64,000 bases of DNA from Neocallimastix sp. 'constans' (taxonomy: Eukaryota), in contig JBODTK010000014.1 in the NCBI GenBank assembly GCA_050613775.1, positions 1,178,001-1,242,000 of the forward strand. The letters are read 5' to 3'. How positions within the stretch are numbered: position 1 is the stretch's first letter; each line of letters starts with the position of its first letter. A program made the position numbers and the translations under genes. The notes below the pieces were generated by a model, which ran no database searches, was not told where the DNA came from, and saw only the letters and a list, made by a program, of their open reading frames with translations. Shown in pieces: positions 55,559-64,000 of the stretch.

Positions 55559-58500
55559 GTAATAATAGTAATAATATAAATAATAATAATAATAATAAAA
55601 ATAATAAAAATAATAATAAAGATGGCACATTGGAAAACAAAATTGACATGGATTCAGTGGAATTAAATATACCTGCATCTAATATTGGTAATAAATTTAA
55701 CGATAAAAATAATAGTATAAAAATATTGGAACAAAATAATAAGAAGAAAAAAACTACTAGGGTAGGCCAAATCATTAAATTATTAGAGGGTATTGAACCT
55801 TATGATATTATAGAAGAATTACAAAATACCCCAGCAAATATTACTTTGGCCCAATTAATAGGTATAAGTAGTGCCCTACGTTCAGATATCACTAAAAGTT
55901 TTAAAAAGGTAAGAACTGAGGATGATGATGCAGTGGTAGGATGTGCAGAATATCATAATGATATAGAAGAATTTGAAATAGTAAATAATCCTACCCATTG
56001 CTACGCTACAAGAGAAATTCAAGAACACGATATTGCTATTGTTAATGGTACGGTTAATGGTCATTCTGCTGCTGTATTAATTGATGGTGGTAGTAATACA
56101 AATTTGGTAACCAGAAATTTTCTAAATAAAAATATTAAAAATTATACCATAGTTGGTTCTACTTCTGGTAGAGTGCATCAAGCATTATCTAATACGGAAG
56201 AACGTGTTTATGAAATGGTAAAATTAGAAGTACAAATTGGTACTCTAAAAATTAATGCAGTCTTTAGAGTATTTGATAATGATGACTCAATATTTGATAT
56301 AATAATTAATTTAAAAACTCAAGCAGATTATAAATTATTAGTAGATGCAGATAGTAAATATTTATACGTAAAAAGTGGTATTAATAATGTTAATGGTGTG
56401 TTTACCTTTAGTGCGGTCCCATTGGTTCCTTTAGAAGATGTACATGAACTTCATACACAGTGTATGTTTTGTTATATATTAGAGAATAATACTAGTATTA
56501 ATAATGTAATTAGTACCAATAAAATTAATACAACTAATAAAAATAAAATTTTGGAAGAATTAATCAGCAATATGGATATCAAAGATGGAAATTTTAAAAA
56601 TGAAATTAAATCCATATTAACTTCATATTCAGATGTAATAGCTATATCTAGTGATGATTTAGAACCATCCAAATTGCTACCTCATCATATTGAATTACTA
56701 GAAGGTAGCAAGCCAATAAAACAAAAGGCATATAGGATCTCCCAGGTACAACTTTCAGCACTAAAAGAAGAATTAAAAAAATTAATAGACAAAGGATTAA
56801 TCTCACCTTCTCATTCACCCTGGTCTTCACCTATTGTTTTAGTACCAAAGAAAAATGGTAGATGGAGACTGTGCATAGATTATAGGTTATTAAATAAAAT
56901 AACAAAAAAAGATGCTTATGCTATCCCTATAATTCAAGAAATTTTTGATGCATTAAAAGATGCAGTAATATTTTCTACTATTGATCTTTTTAGTGGGTAT
57001 CACCAGATACCTATGTATGAAAGCGACCAAGAAATTACGTCTTTTACAACTAAATTTGGAAATTATTACTTTAAGGTAATGCCTTTTGGATTGACTAATG
57101 CTCCAGCAACCTTCCAACGCGAAATGAATAGGATTTTCTTTGACCTAATTAATAAATGTGTTCAAATTTATCTTGACGATATTATTGTTTATTCACCATC
57201 CATTGAACAACATTTAATCGACCTAACAAATGTATTTAAAATTCTCAGAAAATTTAAATTAAAAATGAACATTGAGAAATGTCATTTTTGTGTCTTTGAA
57301 GTGGAGGCTTTAGGACATACGATTTCAAACAAAGGATTATTACCACTAGAAAAGAAGATTGATGCAATAAAGAAATTAGATAATCCTTCTAATGTTACGG
57401 AATTACGTTCTTTTCTTGGAATGGTGGGTTACTATAGGAATTTTATTGAAAATTATGCTACATTAACTTCTCCGTTATGCAAATTACTAAGAAAAAATTC
57501 TACTTTTGAATGGACTAATGAGCATACTACTAGTATAGAAAAATTAAAGGAAGCTCTTTGTCAAGCACCTATTTTGTGTTATCCACGTTATGATAAACCA
57601 TTTATTATACGCACTGATGCTAGTTATCAAGGAATTGGTGGTGTTTTATTGCAACTATATAATGATGAAGTAGAACACCCAGTATTTTATATTAGTCGTT
57701 CCCTGCATAAATCAGAACTTAATTACCCAATAACAGAGTTAGAAGGTACCGCAGCATATTTTTGTGTAAATAAATTTAAACAATATATATTAGGTAATCC
57801 GTTCCAAACAATACTGTATACAGATCATCAACCTTTAGTCCATATCATTATGAAATGCGAACCTAATACTAGTAAACACGCTCGTTGGTGTGATTTATTC
57901 AGTCAACTACAAGTAAAAGTTGCCTACCAACCAGGGAAAAGGAATATTATTGCTGATGCATTATCTCGCATTAGAAAAAAAGAAAATATTGTAGTAAATG
58001 CTATTGTTGAAGACAATAATAATAATTTGGAAAATAATATTGAAAATAATAATAACATTGTTGATGAAAATAATGTGGAAATTATTGGTAATAACAATAA
58101 TGAAGATGATCAATCAAACTTTTTGGACGAAGTCGAAAATGAAAAATATATCTCGGAATTCATGAAAAAGTTTTTAAAAGACAGAATTGTTACTATAGAT
58201 GATAAAACATATATTAGAGATAAAGATAAATTAAGACTAGTGATAGATGATTATCTAGAAAAGATAAAAATTATCGGAATGGCTCATAGAATCGGCCATG
58301 AGGGGTTACAAAAGACGTATGATAGAATTAAGAAAAATTATTATTGGAAAAATATGATTTTAGATATAAAAAAATATATATCTATTTGTAAAATATGTCA
58401 ACTTAATAGATCTGAGCCCCTTTCTAATTTGGTTGAAATATTTCGAACTCCTGTAGAAGCTCCTTTTGTTAGAATGGGCCTAGATATTATTGGACCTTTA

Positions 58501-59301
58501 AAAACTACTACTAAAGGTAATAAATATATAATTGTTTGTGTAGATTATTTCACTTTATGGACTGAAGCAGAAGCTTATCCTTCTGTTACTTCGCAAGATG
58601 TGGTTGATTTCTTAGTGAATGTGTTTAGTAGGCATGGACTACCCCAAATAATTAATATGGATAATGGACCACAATTGAACAGTGATTATACAAAAATTTT
58701 CTTAGATTTATATGGAGTTTACATTCATTTTGTTGCCAATTATCATCCACCTTCTAATGGTTTAGTGGAAAATAGAAACCGAGAAATAGGAAAACAATTA
58801 AGGAATTTTGCTGGTAAGAACGACGAATGGGATACTCTGTTACCGTTGGCTTTATGGGCTATAAGGACTGCAAAATCCTCTGTTAGTGGATACTCTAGTT
58901 TTAAACTTTTATATGGAAGAGAAGATTTACTTCCTACTGAAATTACCTTATTGAATTCTTTGGAGGAACCTGTTGAATGCTCAATTGACGAAGTATTAAT
59001 TGAAAGAATTTTGGAACATACCAAATGGGTAAAGGATGCTGCAAACAAAAAATTAGGTACAATTAATTATTGGAAGACTAGAAGAAAAGCGAAAAGAAGT
59101 ATGGAAAAACTTCCTGAGTATAAAGTTGGTGATAAGGTAAAAATTAAATTATTTCAAAGACAAAAATTGGACCCATACTACATTGGCCCTTATACGATAA
59201 AGGAAATAACTTGGAATACGGTGAAACTACAAGAAGATAGGTCAGGAGTAATATTAAAAAGAAATATCCATATTAAAAATATTCTACCTTATAGAGAATA
59301 A
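54967..59301 (+). CDS. pol: G3 Pol (PR-RT-RNase H-IN), reached by -1 frameshift
   Basis: Frame open from 54967 (hand-translated to 55414); LIDGGS, YLDD, TDAS, IIADALSR, GLDIIGP, DNGP, YIGPY. Confidence 0.96.
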
Positions 59302-60873
59302 GTAAAATCAATTATAAATACAAAAATATAATAAATAATAATAAATTTCAAAATTTTGAATGTAAATTTCAGCAATTCATTTCAATATTTACAGCTAAAA
59401 TAGCAAAATATTATTCATATTTATGCTAATAGGACATTTAACTTATATATATATTTCATAATTAATTTTACTTTTAAATTTTCGAAATTGAAATTTCAAA
59501 ATTTCAAAATAAATTTCTAAAATTACATTTCCAATTTAAAATTTCAAAATTAATTATTAATAATTATATATATTATTCAATTATAATAATATCAAAATTA
59601 TATATAATTATTTTAAAAAAAAAAAAAAAAAAATTTTTTTTATTAATGAAAAAATTTTCAAAAATTGAGTTAAAAATTTTATAAAATTTTCAAATAATAC
59701 AATTAATCTTCATTAATACATATTTTAATAATTATTCACAAAAATATAAAATTTCTTTTAATTTTATATTTTTCCTTATTTGAACTATGATCATTTCAAC
59801 TTATTATTGAATTTGTAGCTAATTTACAGATTCAATTGAGGATTGTTCTCGTATAGAGATAAATTTCAATTTCACTAGTAATCAGCTATTTTAGCGAGGG
59901 CATTTCTGATATAAAACAAATATGTGTAGCAACATATTTGTATATTTAATAATAATTATTAAATATTAAATTTATATCTCTTTTGTCAATAATAATATTT
60001 GAAATAATTCCTTATTCATATATTATTTAATATTTATATATATATTATTCATTATAATATGAAATATATTAAATATATTAAATTAAATAGTTAATTTCTT
60101 CTAAAAATATATAATAAGAATATTATTATATATATAACTTAACTATTCATATTTATTTTAAAATTTATATTAAAAATACATAATACTTCTATATATTATA
60201 ATATATAATATAACGAAATAGTTTTAGTTATTTTAATTATAATTAAATATATATAGTTAATATTATTTATTATATTCATATTTATTATATAATTATATTC
60301 TTATATATTTAACTTTATTATTCTTATTTTCATTTTAAGAATTATATAGTTATATTTATTATATTTATTATTTTAATATATATTTATTATATATTATACT
60401 ATACTCCGATATAATATATTTTAAATGTATATTTACTATTATTAATAATTAAATTATTATAAAGATTTCTAATAACTACTTTTCTTTATTTGTAGTTTAG
60501 AGAAGACCCTTGGTTAATTGGGTTTTATAAATTAAAATATTTTAATAAAGGTTAATTAAATATAACGATACTATTAAAAATTAGTAGCACATAAAAGTCC
60601 CGCATATCAATATGACAATCACGTGTTTACATTATTTAATATATATTAATTTCAATATGTTAATAATATTTAGTTATTAGTTGGCCTAGACTAATTCCTA
60701 AATATTTTAATAAAGTTAATTTAATAATAATTATTTATTATTATTTATTAATATTGAAATTCAAATAACTGAATTATCGAAATTGAAATTGAATTGAAAT
60801 TCAGTTATTATCTTAACAATTAAGAGTATTTAATAGGAAATACAAGGTATTTAGTGACACCCCGTATCAGAAC

Positions 60874-61100
60874 TGTTATGGTTCATTGGGAAAAACAAAA
60901 TTTTTATACACAAAAGATAAAGATTTAAAATATTTATTTACACAATAACAATTTTATAATTTATTTATTTATTTAATTTTTAAATTACATTATTTATTAA
61001 ACTAATTAAATTTTATTAGCTAAATTATTACTATTCCTAATATTAATATTAATACTATTACTTATATTATTACTAATATTATTACTATTTTTATTTTATT

Positions 61101-61131
<31 letters not shown>

Positions 61132-61923
61132 TTATTATTAATTTTATTATTTATTATTATTGTTTTTTTTTTTATTTTTATTATTGTTTTGTGTTATTTT
61201 ATTTTTTTATTTAGAAGATGTTATTTTCTTCAGATATTTATATTCGATTTCATTTTTAAAGTTTAATATCTTGGAAATGAAAAAGAATTTAAGTATTTAA
61301 TTAAAAGAATTATTAATTCATTCTTAATTAAATGTTAAATAAAATTATTAATAATATGTTTAATATAAATTCCATAAAGGAATAAAAAATTATTATTTAA
61401 AAAGATATAATAAATATTTTAATTAAATGATATCTGGAATAAATAATTAAAAAGTTTTTAATAAAATTTTTAATTAAAAGTTTACAAAAATATTAATTGA
61501 ATTTTATAAAAGATAATAAATTATTTAATCATAATTTATTTTAAGTTTAATAAAAATTAATATTAATTTATAGTGTTATTGAAAGTTAATAATAATTAAT
61601 TTGATAAAAATATAATAAAAATATAAAATAATTTTAATATAGATTCAATAAAGAATTTGTTAATATAAATTTTTGAAGAGTTTATATGTATTTTAATATT
61701 AATTTAATTAAGATTCAGTAATGATTTTATAAAAAATATTTTTATAAAGATTTTAATTAATATTATAATAATTTTAATTAATTTATAATATTATATAATA
61801 AAATTTTTAATTTAATTCAGGGAAGAATATAAGAAAGTTCCATTAGTAAAGAATATAAACTTAATTATGGTTAAGTTATGTTTAAACATAACAAAATAAG
61901 TAATTTATAGTCATTCTTTACCA
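60874..61923 (-). mobile_element. Solo LTR J (TSD GAAC)
   Basis: TGTTATGGTTC...CATTCTTTACCA flanked by GAAC. Confidence 0.88.
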
Positions 61924-61927
61924 GAAC

Positions 61928-62888
61928 TGTTAAGGTTCGGAGAGAGGGAAAAATAAAAATAAGTATTAATATAAACAATAAAAAATAAACAAACAAGAAA
62001 ATTAATAAACAAAATAAATTTTTGTTTTATAAATCCTTTATTAAAATTTTTTTTTTAAAAATTACAATATTAAATTACAATATAAAAAATACAATTTTTT
62101 TACTGTTATTTATATTTTTTTTCTTAAAATAATAGAAATGGTAAAGCCATTTCTTTGTGTAATAAAAATTAATTATTAAATATTTTATATTAATTTTTTA
62201 TTATCAATAATTATTATTTAACTTATAATAAATAATACTCATATATTAATCTATTACTAATTATTTATTAACTAATCTACTTAATTATATATTTTAAAAG
62301 ACAATTTTTTTATTTTACAGAAGTTAATTCTGTGGTTTAGTAATATTTATTTAATCCTAAAGTTTAATTTTACTAAGTTTAGAAAAATAATATTTTTTAA
62401 TTATTAATATAAAATTTATAATCATTTCATCAAATTTATAATATAATATTTATAATAAAACATATAATAATAATATAACTATTTCCTTTTATGTTTAATC
62501 TTTTATTAGTAATCATTAATACAATTTTTTTAATTTGGAATTTTCCAAAGAAATAATTGATATTGATAAGTTTAATATTAATAAAAGAAATATTGATAAG
62601 ATTTTGATAAACTATAAAGAAAATTGATAAAATAAACTATATAATATTGATAAGGATTTTAATAATAATAAAATATAGATAAGAATAATAAAGGTAGCAT
62701 AGATAAGGAATTAATATTAAATACACTTTTAAATAGTATAATTTAATATGTACTAATTAGGAATATAGATTAATTTATTAGAATATAGAAAGTTCCAAAA
62801 GAATAAAGAATAAAATAATTTGTTTAAGGGTTAAATGAATCATTTAAGATGTATAACCAAAAGAACATTATTTGGGCATTCTTTATCA
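61928..62888 (-). mobile_element. Solo LTR K (target GAAC)
   Basis: TGTTAAGGTTC...CATTCTTTATCA; GAAC left, GAA right. Confidence 0.88.
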
Positions 62889-62891
62889 GAA

Positions 62892-63791
62892 TGTAAGAAA
62901 TTACTTATAAAATTAATTATAAATAATTTCTTAACTACAAATTAACATTAATTATTACTAATTAACATTAATTTGAGAAAATAAAATTAAATATAATTAA
63001 ATAAATATAAAATAATATAAATAAATAATTATACTTAACTTAAATATATGATAGAGTTTATTATAGAAAGTTTATAATAAACAATAACACAAAAGGAATA
63101 AAAGACACAAATATTTATAAAATATGTTTTATTAAAAGGGTTTTGTTTTATTAATTAATTATTTTATTTGAATTATTATTTATTATAAAAATTCTAAAAT
63201 AATAACTCTTGATTTCTCAAAGAGAACTCAAGAGAATCAAATATATATAAATTAATAATTAAATATTATTGGTTAAAATAAATACAATAATTTAATGTAT
63301 TAAATTAATGTATTAAATAAGAAAGATAGATAAATTTTATAATAAATTTATCTAAGTTTCTTACATTGCTCCCTTTACTTAATGAATTTGTATAAATTCA
63401 TTATTATATAGGAAGTAGTATATTTAAAATAAAAATTATAATTAACCAAAAAAAATATAAAATTAAATAATTTATTGAAAGTTTTGCTAACCTTAACTTT
63501 TTAACATCTAGAGAAAAGATTAGCGGAAAAACTCTAGACGAATCAATATTAAGTAAAACCAATTAACTTGGGAAAAACCTTAATATTGTTTTCTAAACTA
63601 ATATATAAATATAAGTGAATAAATAATTATAAAATTAAATAAAATAACTATAATTATTAAATGTATAAATAAAAATAAAGTTAAATAAAATGACTATATT
63701 ATTAAATGAATAAATAAATATTAAATTAAATAAATTATAATAACTAAGAAATGTAAATGAATTATTAATAAATTTATTTGTATTTCTTACA
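62892..63791 (-). mobile_element. LTR L, probably the 3' LTR of an element continuing past the window
   Basis: TGTAAGAAAT...ATTTCTTACA; followed by ttgctccttttc (minus-strand PPT GAAAAGGAGCAA) rather than a TSD. Confidence 0.8.
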
Positions 63792-64000
63792 TTGCTCCTT
63801 TTCATTTGAATTGTTCAATGAAAGAAGAACAATTTAAGAAATAATAAATTAAGAAATATTAAAAAGAAATAAAATTTAAATAAAATTAAAATAAATATTT
63901 AATTGCAATTTCAATTTAAAAAATTGAAATTTAAATTTTGAATTAAAATTTATTTTAAATAAATAATTAAATGAACAATAATTTATAAATTTATATTATA

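Larger units (their letters stand above)
52432..60609 (+). mobile_element. Intact full-length Ty3/gypsy retrotransposon G3
   Basis: 703-bp LTRs 52432-53134 and 59907-60609 (one mismatch noticed); TSD ATAT; PBS; open gag and pol. Confidence 0.98.
51981..60818. mobile_element. Solo LTR I (about 656 bp, TSD ATTA), split by G3
   Basis: TGTTAA...TTAACA; ATTA at 51977-51980 and 60819-60822. Confidence 0.8.
51072..60869 (-). mobile_element. Unit H4, split by nested LTR I and element G3
   Basis: H sequence 51072-51980 resumes at 60819-60869; GAAC on both sides. Confidence 0.9.

Noticed and set aside
55386..59048. Minus-strand ORFs within G3 pol, and similar shadow ORFs in the copia and G2
   Set aside because: Antisense or alternate frames of retroelement genes and (AAT)n tracts
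42592..62891. True CRISPR array or integron
   Set aside because: Spacers are 3-6-nt TSDs, units are LTRs, and no cas or tyrosine recombinase gene is present; the resemblance is only an analogy

Overview
Extremely AT-rich eukaryotic DNA. The composition, poly-Asn ORFs and ankyrin remnants suggest an anaerobic gut fungus (Neocallimastigomycota); this is inference. The window is almost all LTR-retroelement sequence. The left half (1-32 kb) holds decayed copia and Ty3/gypsy fragments, one disrupted copia element, ankyrin pseudogenes, microsatellites and one orphan ORF. The right half holds two stacks of different TG...CA LTR units laid end to end and separated only by copies of one target site: array 1 (32913-41680, 6 units, (A/G)CAG spacers) and array 2 (42592 to window end, at least 13 units, CGAA then GAAC spacers). 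Each junction is explained as repeated base-precise insertion at one site by two LTR classes (4-bp and 5-bp target-site duplication, TSD). A single 1-nt register shift implies left-to-right growth measured from an anchor beyond the window, giving a chronological insertion record. Also present: an intact young Ty3/gypsy element nested three deep (52432-60609), a conserved -1 frameshift signal, and a covarying pseudoknot with U-rich loops in six diverged LTRs. Coordinates were counted by eye and may be off by a few bases.
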